DNA from: Alphaproteobacteria bacterium
GTDB lineage: Bacteria; Pseudomonadota; Alphaproteobacteria; SMXQ01
Assembly: GCA_035714115.1 (NCBI GenBank)
Contig: DASTMO010000078.1
Location: 42,461-106,460 of the forward strand
DNA length: 64,000 bases
Reading direction: 5' to 3'
Part shown: positions 47,136 through 57,356 of the stretch, piece by piece
Numbering within the stretch: position 1 is the stretch's first letter
How the letters are laid out: each line of letters begins with the position of its first letter
Position numbers and translations under genes: made by a program
Notes under the pieces: generated by a model
Told to the model about the DNA's origin: nothing
Database searches by the model: none
The model's input: only the letters and a program-made list of their open reading frames with translations

Positions 47136-47729
47136 ATGACCGACACCCCCGGCACGGACAGCCCCGTCATCACCATCAAGAAATACGCCAACCGCCGTCT
47201 CTACAATACGGCGACATCGAGCTACGTCACGCTCGAGCATCTGGCGCAAATGGTGAAAGAGGGCGTCGACTTCGTGGTGCTCGACGCCAAGACCAACGAA
47301 GACCTCACCCGCCAGGTGCTGACGCAGATCATCATCGAGGAAGAGGCCAAGGGCGAGAATCTGCTGCCGATCAAATTCCTGCGCCAGATGATCGGCCTTT
47401 ACGGCCACGGCATGCAGGGTCTGGTGCCGCGCTATCTCGACCTCAGCATGGAATCCTTCTCGCGCAACCAGCAGCAGATCCGCAGCTATATGGAAGAGAC
47501 CTTCTCCGGCCTCTTTCCGTTCGGCGACAAGCTGAACGAAATGGGCAAACGCAACATGGCGATGTTCGAAGACGCCATGAAGATGTTCTCGCCCTTTCCG
47601 GCCGCGCAAGGCGGCGCGACCCGCCCGGCGGACGACGGCGAGGGTGAATCGGCCGAGATCCGCGATCTCAAGGCCAAGCTGGACACGCTGCAGAACCAGC
47701 TCGATCAGCTGCTGCGCGCCAAGAAATAG
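47136..47729 (+). CDS. phaR: Polyhydroxyalkanoate synthesis repressor PhaR
   Basis: VITIKKYANRRLYNTATSSYVTLE is the PhaR DNA-binding signature. 197 aa. Confidence 0.9.
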   Translation: MTDTPGTDSPVITIKKYANRRLYNTATSSYVTLEHLAQMVKEGVDFVVLDAKTNEDLTRQVLTQIIIEEEAKGENLLPIKFLRQMIGLYGHGMQGLVPRYLDLSMESFSRNQQQIRSYMEETFSGLFPFGDKLNEMGKRNMAMFEDAMKMFSPFPAAQGGATRPADDGEGESAEIRDLKAKLDTLQNQLDQLLRAKK

Positions 47730-47744
47730 CGAACCAATGAAAGA

Positions 47745-49724
47745 TCAGGCGCGTACGCGCGTCTGATCGTCGGCCTGCAGATCGTCGCCGAGCTTGTCCT
47801 CGGCGGCGAAGGATTTGTGCAGGCGCGCCGCGGGGAAGCGCAACGTCACCGTGGTGCCGCCCCCCGGAACGCTGGCGATCTGCAACTTGCCGCCATGCAG
47901 TTCGATGAGATGCTTGGTCAGCGGCAGGCCGAGGCCGGTGCCTTCGTATTTGCGACTCAGCCGGCTGTCGATCTGGCGGAACGGCTCGAGAGCCGTGACG
48001 ATTTCGTCGGCGGTCATGCCGATGCCGCTGTCTTTGACGATGAACAGCAGATCGCCCGCCCCCTCGGCATCGGCCGCATCAAGCATCGCGGTGAGTGAGA
48101 CGCGCCCGCCCGCTTCGGTAAATTTGAAGGCGTTGGCCAGGATGTTGATCAGAATTTGCTTCACGCGGCGCTTGTCGCCGTAAAGATACGGCAGACTCGC
48201 CGGCACCGAGACATCGAGCGACGCTCTCGTCTTGCCTTCATGTGCGCCGACCATGCGCAGGCTGTCGGCGACGATGTCGGCAGGGCGGATGTAATCCTCC
48301 AGCAGCGTCATGCGGCCGGCCTCGGCCTTCGACAGATCAAGGATGTCGTTGATCAGGCTCAAGAGATGCTTGCCGCTGTCCTCGATATGTTTGACATATT
48401 CGAGCACGCGCTCGTCAACCTGGCCGAAGGCGCCCGAGCCGATCACCTCGGAAAAGCCGATGACGGCATTGAGCGGCGTACGCAGCTCATGGCTCATGGC
48501 GGCGAGGAAGGCGGACTTCGCGCGGTTGGCGTTGTCGGCCAGATCCTTGGCCGCGCGCAACTCGTCGAGCGCGCGCTTGCGGTCGGTCGTGTCGCGAAGA
48601 TTGGCGATGATGCCGCCGATACCGGGATCGCCCTGAAGGTTGCAACAGGTGATCTCGAAGACGCGCCATTGCCCGTCTTCGTGACGCAGCTGAACTTCCG
48701 CCGTCATGTTGATTCCCTGCTCCTCCTGCACGCGCGCGAGGAATCCGTAGAACGCGCCGAGCTCCGCCGGCGGCATGAACTCGTCCATCCGCCGGCCGAT
48801 CAGCCACGTCGGCGCGTAACCGAGAATGCGCTTGGTGGTTTCGCTGCAATAGGCGAACTGGCCGCGACCGTCGATGATGGTGATGACGTCGGAGCTGTTG
48901 CGGATCAGCGAACGATGGCGGCGGGTGTTGAGCTCGAGGCTGCGCGCTGCGAGGGCGCTCGTCACCGACAGGCGGCGGTCGGCGATCACCGTCACCAAGC
49001 CGAGCAGCAGGATTAGGAACGTCGCCCCGGCGATCGCCACGGCGAGATATTGCGGCGCCAGATCCTTGCCCAGCGTGAACAGCGGTGTGCGCAAGGCGGG
49101 ATGGTATTGCGCGGCGGCCATGCCGACGTAGTGCATGCCCGAAATGGCCACGGCCATCACCGCCGCGCTGAGCAGCTTTTGCCAATAGACATGGATGTTG
49201 AACGCCAGCCACAGCGCCGCCGTAGCTGCACCGACGGCGATGACGACCGACGCCGAGAACAGGATCGGCTCGTAGTCGATCACCGCGTCCATGATCATCG
49301 CGGCCATGCCGATGTAATGCATGGCTGCGATGCCGAAGCCCATGAACAGCCCGGCGGCGGCGAGACGCATGCGGCCGTTCGCGCCCGAGCCGGCCCCCGA
49401 ACCGATGCCCAAACCGACAATGGCGAAGCCAGCCCCGGCGGCGAGCACGGCGACGACCAGCGACAAGACGGTCAGCGCGATGTCGTAGCGCACCGGCACA
49501 GTCATGTGGAAGGCCAGCATGGCGACGAGATGCATCGACCAGACGCCGCCGCCCATCGACGCGGCCGCGAGAACAAGCCACCACAGACGCGCGCGGCCGC
49601 GCGCGTCGCGCAGCCGGCCGGCGACATCGAGCGACACGAACGAAGCGAAAGCCGCGATCGCGATCGACAACGCGACCAGCGTCACATCGTGGCTTCCGGT
49701 CAGATGATTATGGACGTGCGGCAA
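47745..49724 (-). CDS. MHYT-domain sensor histidine kinase (MHYT x3, PAS, HisKA, HATPase_c)
   Basis: Repeated motifs WSMHLVAMLAF, AAMHYIGMAAM, ISGMHYVGMAAAQY. H-box MSHELRTPLN and the ATPase G-boxes. Confidence 0.8.
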   Translation of the reverse strand: MPHVHNHLTGSHDVTLVALSIAIAAFASFVSLDVAGRLRDARGRARLWWLVLAAASMGGGVWSMHLVAMLAFHMTVPVRYDIALTVLSLVVAVLAAGAGFAIVGLGIGSGAGSGANGRMRLAAAGLFMGFGIAAMHYIGMAAMIMDAVIDYEPILFSASVVIAVGAATAALWLAFNIHVYWQKLLSAAVMAVAISGMHYVGMAAAQYHPALRTPLFTLGKDLAPQYLAVAIAGATFLILLLGLVTVIADRRLSVTSALAARSLELNTRRHRSLIRNSSDVITIIDGRGQFAYCSETTKRILGYAPTWLIGRRMDEFMPPAELGAFYGFLARVQEEQGINMTAEVQLRHEDGQWRVFEITCCNLQGDPGIGGIIANLRDTTDRKRALDELRAAKDLADNANRAKSAFLAAMSHELRTPLNAVIGFSEVIGSGAFGQVDERVLEYVKHIEDSGKHLLSLINDILDLSKAEAGRMTLLEDYIRPADIVADSLRMVGAHEGKTRASLDVSVPASLPYLYGDKRRVKQILINILANAFKFTEAGGRVSLTAMLDAADAEGAGDLLFIVKDSGIGMTADEIVTALEPFRQIDSRLSRKYEGTGLGLPLTKHLIELHGGKLQIASVPGGGTTVTLRFPAARLHKSFAAEDKLGDDLQADDQTRVRA

Positions 49725-49802
49725 GAACGAAAGGACTCCCCCTAGCGGCGCCGGACGGCGCGCGCAAATCGGAGAACCAGCATAGTCGTGCCGGTTTAAC
49801 CG

Positions 49803-49819
49803 TATCTTAAAATAAGATA
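49803..49819. promoter_or_regulatory. Perfect AT-rich palindrome TATCTTAAAATAAGATA in the kinase/aminotransferase intergenic region
   Basis: 17-bp perfect inverted repeat inside a short AT-rich island. It sits upstream of the MHYT kinase start and downstream of the aminotransferase stop. Confidence 0.3.
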
Positions 49820-49859
49820 AGGAAGATTTTCTTGCTTGCTCAGTGACTTAGTCTGAGCG

Positions 49860-51287
49860 TTAAGGAACCGCCCGCAAAGCTTCGCTCAAAATGCCGAAGA
49901 GTTCGGCGATTTGCGCCGCACTCACGATGAGCGGCGGCGACAATGCGATGATGTCGCCGGTGACGCGGATCAGTAGGCCGCGCTTCTGGCATTCGAGGAA
50001 CACCTCGTAGGCGCGCGCGCCAGGCGCGCCCGGGCGCGGCGCGAGCTCGATGCCGGCGACCAAGCCGATATTGCGAATGTCGATGACGTTGGGCAGGCCT
50101 TTGAGCGCATGCGCCGCCTCTTCCCACGGCGCCGAAAGATCGGCGGCGCGCTGGAAAAGATTGTCGCGCTCATAGATGTCGAGCGTCGCGAGCGCCGCGG
50201 CGCAGGCCAGCGGATGGGCCGAATAGGTGTAGCCGTGGAACAGCTCGATGACGTTCTCCGGCCCGTTCATGAAGGCGTCATAGATGCCCTTGCGCACCAT
50301 CACGCCGCCCATCGGCACGGCGCCGTTGGTGATGCCCTTGGCCATCGTCATCAGATCGGGAACGACGCCGAAATAATCGGCAGCGAAGGGCGCTCCGAGA
50401 CGGCCGAAGCCGGTGATGACCTCGTCGAAGATCAAGAGGATGCCGTGCTTGTCGCAAATCGCGCGCAGCTTCTCGAGATAGCCCTGCGGCGGCACCAGTA
50501 CGCCGGTCGAGCCGGCCATCGGCTCGACGATGACGGCGGCGATCGTCGAAGCGTCGTGCAGCGTCACCAGCGCTTCGAGATTGTCGGCGAGATGCGCGCC
50601 CCATGCCGGCTGGCCGCGCGAGAAGGCATTGTGCTCGAGGTTATGCGTGTGCGGCAGATGGTCGACGCCGTTGAGCATGTTGCCGAACTGCTTGCGGTTG
50701 CCGACGATGCCGCCGACCGAGATGCCGCCGAAGTTCACGCCGTGATAGCCGCGCTCGCGGCCGATCAGGCGCGTGCGCGAGCCTTCGCCGCGCAGCTTAT
50801 GGTAGGCGAGCGCGATCTTCAGCGCCGTCTCGACCGATTCGGAGCCCGAATTGGTGAAGAACACATGATCCAAATCGCCCGGCGCCATGCCGGCGAGACG
50901 GCTCGCCAGCTCGAAGGCCTTCGGATGGCTCATCTGGAAGGCGGTGGCGTAATCCATCTCGCGCGCCTGCTCGGCGATGGCGTCGGCGATCTCGTCGCGG
51001 CAATGGCCGGCGTTGACGCACCACAGGCCGGCGCTGCCGTCGAGCAGCTTGCGTCCGTCGGTCAGCTCGTAATGCATGTCCTTGGCTTTGGCGATCAGGC
51101 GCGGCGCCGCCTTGAACTGGCGGTTCGGCGTGAATGGCACCCAATAGGCCTCGAGATCGTTGCGCGCCGTGGCGCTCTGGTTCGCCGAGCGGGCCGTGTT
51201 CGCGGCAATCGTTTTTTTACGGGACGCCGTCCCATTTTCGGCGCCGCTTTTGCGGGTCGCGGGCTTATCGGTCGTGCCGCCGGTCAT
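49860..51287 (-). CDS. Class III (omega) aminotransferase, beta-alanine/omega-amino acid--pyruvate type
   Basis: 475 aa. Close match throughout to the omega-amino-acid:pyruvate aminotransferase family (LWCVNAGH, DEVITGFGRLG, TMAKGITNGAVPMG). Confidence 0.85.
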   Translation of the reverse strand: MTGGTTDKPATRKSGAENGTASRKKTIAANTARSANQSATARNDLEAYWVPFTPNRQFKAAPRLIAKAKDMHYELTDGRKLLDGSAGLWCVNAGHCRDEIADAIAEQAREMDYATAFQMSHPKAFELASRLAGMAPGDLDHVFFTNSGSESVETALKIALAYHKLRGEGSRTRLIGRERGYHGVNFGGISVGGIVGNRKQFGNMLNGVDHLPHTHNLEHNAFSRGQPAWGAHLADNLEALVTLHDASTIAAVIVEPMAGSTGVLVPPQGYLEKLRAICDKHGILLIFDEVITGFGRLGAPFAADYFGVVPDLMTMAKGITNGAVPMGGVMVRKGIYDAFMNGPENVIELFHGYTYSAHPLACAAALATLDIYERDNLFQRAADLSAPWEEAAHALKGLPNVIDIRNIGLVAGIELAPRPGAPGARAYEVFLECQKRGLLIRVTGDIIALSPPLIVSAAQIAELFGILSEALRAVP

Positions 51288-51556
51288 GGCTCGGCTCCCT
51301 TTTGAACTCGAAGACGCTTGTTATCGTTCAAGATTACACCCCGCCTGGACGATCCGGCACCCGGCGAGTGCGAAACGGTCGCTGCGGAGCGCAAAACGGG
51401 CGACGGCCTTATGGAGCCCAGAGCCTTGGCGGATCACGCGAATCGGCCGCTATTTGGTTAATTTAACCGTGACTCTACGCCTTTTAACATATTGTAAACA
51501 CTACATTTTTCCCATTGCCTCGCAAAATGGACAGCGCTACAAATCAACAAAAGCCG

Positions 51557-51570
51557 CTAAAATTTTAGCT
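51557..51570. promoter_or_regulatory. Perfect 14-bp palindrome GCTAAAATTTTAGC in an AT-rich promoter region
   Basis: Located about 30 bp upstream of the 51600 ORF inside an AT-rich island (51440-51600). Candidate operator. Confidence 0.3.
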
Positions 51571-51599
51571 AAAGCTGACGGATACATCGGACCCGCAAC

Positions 51600-51983
51600 G
51601 TGCAGATCGGCGCCAGCGCCATAACCCCTTACGGGATGCAGTCCAGCGCGACGACAGCGATGTCGGCGCAGGCGGGCGCGCGTGCCTATGCGGAAATGAC
51701 GCCGGTCGCGCCGGTCAGCGAGATTCTGCGCGGCCAGCGCGGCGAAGCTTGGATCGACGCGTCTTGGACCGAAGCGCCCGAGCGCCCAGCCCAGATCGAT
51801 CCTTACGAGACCGGCGAAACCGACGGCGCCGTGGCCTTCGCCGCCCAGACCCTGGGCCAGACGGCCGAGCCGCACTATGCCGCCCCGGCGGCCCATCAGG
51901 TCGGCTGCGCCGCCTATCGCGCGGCGCAAGGCGGCCAAGGCGAATTCCGCCGCGGCGACATGGGCATCGACCTGGTCGCCTAA
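51600..51983 (+). CDS. Hypothetical small acidic Ala/Gln-rich protein (start uncertain: GTG 51600 or ATG near 51636)
   Basis: High GC3 codon usage consistent with real coding. No recognisable domain. Sits just upstream of the glycosyltransferase operon. Confidence 0.35.
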   Translation: MQIGASAITPYGMQSSATTAMSAQAGARAYAEMTPVAPVSEILRGQRGEAWIDASWTEAPERPAQIDPYETGETDGAVAFAAQTLGQTAEPHYAAPAAHQVGCAAYRAAQGGQGEFRRGDMGIDLVA

Positions 51984-52101
51984 GGGCGCCACAGGCAGTC
52001 CGCTGCCTTGCAAAAACCCTTCCTGGACAGTAATTTAGTCGGCAATTCATCCCGGCGCCGGCGCGGCTCATGCGTCGCCAAAGCCAATCTCGCAGGCTGC
52101 G

Positions 52102-53304
52102 ATGGACGCCGACGCGCGCGCTCCCCATTCCCTTAAAGTGCTTCACGTCATCACCGGCCTCAACACGGGCGGCGCGGAGATGATGCTGACCAAGCTGCTG
52201 GCGCGCCTGCCGCAGACGCAGACGCGCCATGTGGTCGTCTCTCTGACCGGCGGCGGACCGCTAGCCGACCGCATCGCCGGTTATGGCATCCCGGTGATCT
52301 TTCTCGGATTGAATGCCACCGGCTTTCTCGCCAAGGCGAAGGCCGCGTTCGGCGGCCTGCGTCAGCTGCGCCGCCTGATCGCCAAGGAGAAGCCCGACAT
52401 CGTCCAAGCCTGGATGTATCACGCCAACCTGTTCGCCGGCGTCGCCTCCCTCGGCTTGTCGGCCGTGATCTGGGGCATCCGCCAGAGCGACCTCGATCCT
52501 GCCGTCAGCAAACGCTCGACCATCCGTGTCGCCAAGCTCGGCGGTTTCCTCTCGCGCGCCTTGAGCGATTCGATCCTCTGCTGCTCGGAAGTCGCGCGCG
52601 TCGTGCATGAACGCATCGGCTATGATCCAGGCCGCATGGTGGTGATTCCCAACGGTTTCGATCTCGCCGAATTCAAGCCAGACGCGGCGGCGCGCGCCGC
52701 CGTGCGCCGCGAGATCGGCCTCGGCGACGACATTCCCCTCATCGGGCTGATCGCCCGCTTCGATTCGCAGAAAGACCACCGCAATTTTCTCGCCGCCGCG
52801 GCCGAGGTCAGCCGCGCGCTGCCGCAAGCGCGCTTCCTGCTGTGCGGCGGCGGCATCGACGCGCAGAACAAGACGCTGGCGAACTGGATTTCCGAGTTCG
52901 GCCTCGATGGCCGCTGCCACATGCTGGGCGCGCGCGCCGACATGCCGGCGGTGACCGCCGCGCTCGACGTCGCAGTTTCCGCGTCAGCCTTCGGCGAAGG
53001 TTTTCCCAACGTGCTCGGCGAAGCGATGGCCTGCGGTGTGCCCTGCGTCGCCACGGACGTCGGCGATTCGCGCCTCATCGTGCGCGAAACGGGGCGCATC
53101 GTGGCGCCGCGCGAGCCTGAAGCGTTGGCCGACGCCATCGCGAGCATCCTGCGCCTGCCGGCCGCCGACCGTGCCGCGCTCGGCGCCGCCGCGCGCCAAC
53201 GCATCGCCCAGCATTTCGAGATCGGCGTGATCGCCGAGCGCTATCTCGCGCTTTACCGCGACACTCTCGCGGCAAAAGCGCCAGCCGAACGCATGGGAGC
53301 CTGA
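52102..53304 (+). CDS. Glycosyltransferase family 4 (GT-B fold)
   Basis: 400 aa. N-terminal VITGLNTGGAEMM and C-terminal E-x7-E region (EGFPNVLGEAMACGVPCVATDVG). Confidence 0.8.
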   Translation: MDADARAPHSLKVLHVITGLNTGGAEMMLTKLLARLPQTQTRHVVVSLTGGGPLADRIAGYGIPVIFLGLNATGFLAKAKAAFGGLRQLRRLIAKEKPDIVQAWMYHANLFAGVASLGLSAVIWGIRQSDLDPAVSKRSTIRVAKLGGFLSRALSDSILCCSEVARVVHERIGYDPGRMVVIPNGFDLAEFKPDAAARAAVRREIGLGDDIPLIGLIARFDSQKDHRNFLAAAAEVSRALPQARFLLCGGGIDAQNKTLANWISEFGLDGRCHMLGARADMPAVTAALDVAVSASAFGEGFPNVLGEAMACGVPCVATDVGDSRLIVRETGRIVAPREPEALADAIASILRLPAADRAALGAAARQRIAQHFEIGVIAERYLALYRDTLAAKAPAERMGA

Positions 53305-53307
53305 CCC

Positions 53308-55263
53308 ATGTGCGGCATCGCCGGCCTTCTCGACCATTCGCGCACCCTCGGCGGCGACTCGCTGGAATCCCTCGCCGCGCGCATGGCGGGCACGCTGCTG
53401 CATCGCGGGCCGGATGACGGCGGCGCTTGGAGCGCGGCCAACGCCGGCATCGGCTTCGGCTTCCGCCGCCTAGCCATCATCGATCTGACGCCCGCCGGCC
53501 ATCAGCCGATGCTGGCAGACGACGGCAAATCGGCCATCGTCTTTAACGGCGAAATCTACAACGCCGAAGACATCCGCCGCGAGCTCGATGCCATGGGCGG
53601 CGCGCCCAATGGGGGCTGGCGCGGCCATTCCGACACCGAGGTGCTGCTGCAGGCCTGCCGCCGCTTCGGCGTCGTCGGCGCGACCCAGCGGCTCGTCGGC
53701 ATGTTCGCTTTCGCCTTTTGGGACGATGCGGCGCAGCGCTTGACGTTGGTGCGCGACCGCCTCGGCATCAAGCCGCTCTATTGGGCGCGCGCCGGCAAGC
53801 AGTTCCTCTTCGCCTCCGAGCTCAAGGCGCTGCGCGCTCATCCTGACTTCTCGGCTGAGATCGATGACACCGCGCTCTCGGCCTATCTGCGCCAAGCCTA
53901 CGTGCCGGCACCGCGCAGCATCTATCGCGACGCGGCCAAATTGCCGCCCGGCCACATGCTGACCGTGACGGCCGGCGGCGAGCCGCAGATCTCGCGCTAC
54001 TGGAACCTGCGCGACATCGCGCGCGACGGCCAACGCGCCGCCAAGAACAAGCCGATCGACAACGCCGCCGCCATCGAGGAGATGGACAAGCTGCTGCGCG
54101 AGGCGGTGAAGCTGCGCATGATCGCCGACGTGCCGCTCGGCGCGTTTCTCTCGGGCGGCATCGATTCATCGACCGTGGTCGCGCTGATGCAGGCGCAGTC
54201 GGACCGGCCGGTGAAGACCTTCACCATCGGTTTTCACGAGGCGGGCTACAACGAAGCGGCCCACGCCAAGCAGGTTGCGGCCCACCTCGGCACCGAGCAT
54301 ACCGAGCTTTACATCAGTCCCGATCACGCGTTGCAGTTGATCCCGCGCATCCCGGACCTGTTCGACGAGCCCTTCGCCGATCCGTCGCAGGTGCCGACCT
54401 ACCTCGTCTCCGAGATGACGCGCCGCCATGTCACAGTCGCGCTGTCGGGCGACGGCGGCGACGAATTGTTCGCCGGCTATTCCCGCTATTCCTGGGCCGC
54501 GCGGCTGAAGCGCTGGACCGACAGCGTGCCCCTGCCGCTGCGTCAGCTCACCGCCGCCGCCATGCGCGCCGTGCCGACCGAAAGCTGGGATTCGCTGTCG
54601 CGCCTCATTCCCGAGAATCGCCGGCCGCGCCAGTTTGGCCATAAGGTACAGAAGCTCGCCGGCCTGCTCGCCGAGCGTTCGGCCGACGACGTGCGCCGCC
54701 GCCTGGTCGGCTTCTGGCACAAGCCCGAGGAGCTGCTCGGCCGCGAATACGCTCCCTATGACGCGCTGTGGGACGACAGCATCAACGCCGATCTGCCGGA
54801 CTTCACGGCGCGCATGCAATATCTCGACACGGTGACCTATCTGCCGGACGACATCCTGGCGAAGGTCGATCGCGCCAGCATGGCGGTGAGCCTGGAAGCG
54901 CGCGTGCCGCTGCTCGACCATCGCGTGGTCGAGCATGTCTGGAACCTGCCGGCCGATCTCAAGCTGCATCAAGGCAAGGCCAAATGGCTGCTGCGCCAGG
55001 TGCTCTACAAATATGTGCCGGCGTCCCTCGTCGAGCGCCCGAAAATGGGCTTCGCCGTGCCGATCAACAGCTGGCTGCGCGGGCCTTTGCGCGATTGGGC
55101 CGAAAGCCTGCTCGACGAGACCCGCCTGAAGCGCGAAGGCATCTTTGATCCCGCTCCGATACGCCGCAAGTGGCAGGAGCACTTATCCGAAAGCCGGGAT
55201 TGGCAGTTCGATCTTTGGGTCGTACTGATGTTCCAAGCTTGGCATGAAAGGTGGCGGCCGTGA
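53308..55263 (+). CDS. Asparagine synthase (glutamine-hydrolysing) family amidotransferase
   Basis: MCGIAG N-terminal nucleophile Cys2. SGGIDSS PP-loop. 651 aa. Confidence 0.85.
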   Translation: MCGIAGLLDHSRTLGGDSLESLAARMAGTLLHRGPDDGGAWSAANAGIGFGFRRLAIIDLTPAGHQPMLADDGKSAIVFNGEIYNAEDIRRELDAMGGAPNGGWRGHSDTEVLLQACRRFGVVGATQRLVGMFAFAFWDDAAQRLTLVRDRLGIKPLYWARAGKQFLFASELKALRAHPDFSAEIDDTALSAYLRQAYVPAPRSIYRDAAKLPPGHMLTVTAGGEPQISRYWNLRDIARDGQRAAKNKPIDNAAAIEEMDKLLREAVKLRMIADVPLGAFLSGGIDSSTVVALMQAQSDRPVKTFTIGFHEAGYNEAAHAKQVAAHLGTEHTELYISPDHALQLIPRIPDLFDEPFADPSQVPTYLVSEMTRRHVTVALSGDGGDELFAGYSRYSWAARLKRWTDSVPLPLRQLTAAAMRAVPTESWDSLSRLIPENRRPRQFGHKVQKLAGLLAERSADDVRRRLVGFWHKPEELLGREYAPYDALWDDSINADLPDFTARMQYLDTVTYLPDDILAKVDRASMAVSLEARVPLLDHRVVEHVWNLPADLKLHQGKAKWLLRQVLYKYVPASLVERPKMGFAVPINSWLRGPLRDWAESLLDETRLKREGIFDPAPIRRKWQEHLSESRDWQFDLWVVLMFQAWHERWRP

Positions 55264-56186
55264 GCGACGGCACGACAGAAGCGACGCCGAAAGCCCGCGT
55301 GTCTTCCTGGCGGACGGCGATTCCCTGGTGGGTGAAGATCACCGCGAAGGTCGCGTTGAGCCGCCTGCCGGTGAGCGGGCGCGTCTGGCAGCAGCTGCGC
55401 ATCTTCTCGCCCGGCGACATGCTGCTGCCCGATTACGCCATCGGCGTGTTTCGCGCCCACTACCAGCGCGCCGGCCGTCCCGCACCGGGTTTCACCTATC
55501 TGGAATTGGGACCGGGCGATTCGCTCGCCACCGCCGCGGTCGCTTGGGCGCATGGCGCGGCCGGCGGCTGGCTCGTCGATGCCGGCGCTTATGCCGCGCG
55601 CGACATCGACCTCTATCGTCCGTTGCTCGACCGTCTGGCCGAACAGCATGAGGCGCTCGGCCTGCTGCGCGACGTGCGCGGCCTGAAAGATTGCGGTTCG
55701 GTCGCCGAGCTGCTCGAACGAACCGGTTGCCGTTTCCGTGAAAACGGCCTCGCCGATCTCAAGGCTATTCCCGAGGGCAGCATCGACTTCGTGCTGTCGC
55801 AAGCGACGCTCGAGCATGTGCCGCGCGCCGAGTTCGCCGCGACCATGCGCGAGCTTTACCGCCTGATGAAGCCGGGCGCGGCCAGCTCGCACCAGATCGA
55901 TTTCAAGGACCATCTCGGCGGCTCGCTGCACAACCTGCATTTCTCCGAAGGCTTCTGGGAGAAGCCCTGGTTCGCGCGGCGCAGCGGGTTCTACACCAAC
56001 CGCCTGCAGCTCTCCGACGTGCTGCGCGACATGGCCGCTGCCGGCTTCGCCGTCGAGATCGTTCAGAAAGAGACCTGGGACGCGCTGCCGGTCGAGAAGA
56101 GCCGTCTGGCCATGCCCTTCCGCGAGCGATCCGACGAAGATCTCAAGACCAAGAGCGCGGAACTGATCGCCAAGAAACATGCCTGA
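55251..56186 (+). CDS. Class I SAM-dependent methyltransferase
   Basis: GTG start overlapping the asnB-like stop. LELGPGDS SAM-binding motif I. Confidence 0.6.
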   Translation: MAAVSDGTTEATPKARVSSWRTAIPWWVKITAKVALSRLPVSGRVWQQLRIFSPGDMLLPDYAIGVFRAHYQRAGRPAPGFTYLELGPGDSLATAAVAWAHGAAGGWLVDAGAYAARDIDLYRPLLDRLAEQHEALGLLRDVRGLKDCGSVAELLERTGCRFRENGLADLKAIPEGSIDFVLSQATLEHVPRAEFAATMRELYRLMKPGAASSHQIDFKDHLGGSLHNLHFSEGFWEKPWFARRSGFYTNRLQLSDVLRDMAAAGFAVEIVQKETWDALPVEKSRLAMPFRERSDEDLKTKSAELIAKKHA

Positions 56187-57339
56187 CGGCCTTTCCGGCT
56201 CCAAGACGCTGCTGTTTCTCGTCACCGAGGATTGGTACTTCTGCTCGCACCGCCTGCCGATCGCGCGCGCGGCGCGCGACGCCGGTTATGACGTGGCGGT
56301 GGCGACCCGCGTGGCGGCCCATGGCGAGGCGATCCGCGCCGAGGGCTTTCGCCTGATCCCGCTCGCCAAGCTCGGCCGCAGCATGGGCAATCCGCTGCGC
56401 GAACTGTCGGGCCTGCTCGAAGTCGTCCGGCTCTATCGCCGCGAGAAGCCCGACATCGTCCATCACGTCGCGCTCAAGCCGGCGATCTTCGGCTCGCTCG
56501 CCGCGCGAATCGCCGGCGTTAAGCGCACCGTCAACGCCATTGCCGGCCTCGGCAGCATCTTTTCCTCGCAGAGCGCCAAAGCGCGCCTGCTCCGCCCTGT
56601 GGTGAAGCTCGCCTTCCGCCTTCTGCTCAACCGCGAAGGCGCTGCCGTGATCGTGCAGAATCCAGATGACGGCCGCCTGCTGACCGGCGGCGGCCTCGTC
56701 GATCCGGCGCGCCTTACCTTGATCAAGGGCTCGGGCGTCGATCTGGCGCGCTTCGCCGCCACGGCTGAACCTGTGACCGACGCGGTCCATCCGCCGATCG
56801 CCACGCTGGTCTCGCGCATGCTGTGGGACAAGGGCGTTGGCGTGCTGGTCGAGGCGGCCCGTCTTCTGCGCGCGCGCGGCGTTCCCTTGCGCGTGCGCCT
56901 TGCCGGCACGCCGGACCCCGAAAACATGGGCTCCATCCCCGAGGAACAGTTGCGCGCCTGGCATGACGAAGGCGTTGTCGAGTGGATCGGCTTTTGCGAC
57001 GATGTGGCGGGCCTTTGGCGGGCCAGCCATATCGCCGTGCTGCCCTCCTGGTATGGCGAAGGCGTACCGAAAAGCCTGCTCGAAGCCGCCGCAGCCGCGC
57101 GGCCCATGGTCGCCGTCGACGGCCCGGGCCTGCGCGAGGTGGTGACGGACGGAGAGACCGGCCTGCTGGTCGGCCCGCGCGATGCCGCCGCCTTGGCCAG
57201 CGCGCTGCAGCGGCTCGCCGAGGACGGCGCGATGCGCCGGCGCATGGGCGAAGCTGCGCGAAGACGCGCAGAGCATGAGTTCGGCGAAGCCGCGGTGGCC
57301 GAAGCGACCTTGGCGCTGTACCGCCGCTTATTGACGTAG
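56179..57339 (+). CDS. Glycosyltransferase family 4 (GT-B fold)
   Basis: 386 aa. C-terminal EGVPKSLLEAAAAARPMVAVDGPG E-x7-E-like motif. 8-bp overlap with the methyltransferase. Confidence 0.75.
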   Translation: MPDGLSGSKTLLFLVTEDWYFCSHRLPIARAARDAGYDVAVATRVAAHGEAIRAEGFRLIPLAKLGRSMGNPLRELSGLLEVVRLYRREKPDIVHHVALKPAIFGSLAARIAGVKRTVNAIAGLGSIFSSQSAKARLLRPVVKLAFRLLLNREGAAVIVQNPDDGRLLTGGGLVDPARLTLIKGSGVDLARFAATAEPVTDAVHPPIATLVSRMLWDKGVGVLVEAARLLRARGVPLRVRLAGTPDPENMGSIPEEQLRAWHDEGVVEWIGFCDDVAGLWRASHIAVLPSWYGEGVPKSLLEAAAAARPMVAVDGPGLREVVTDGETGLLVGPRDAAALASALQRLAEDGAMRRRMGEAARRRAEHEFGEAAVAEATLALYRRLLT

Positions 57340-57356
57340 GGAGAGATCGACAGGCC

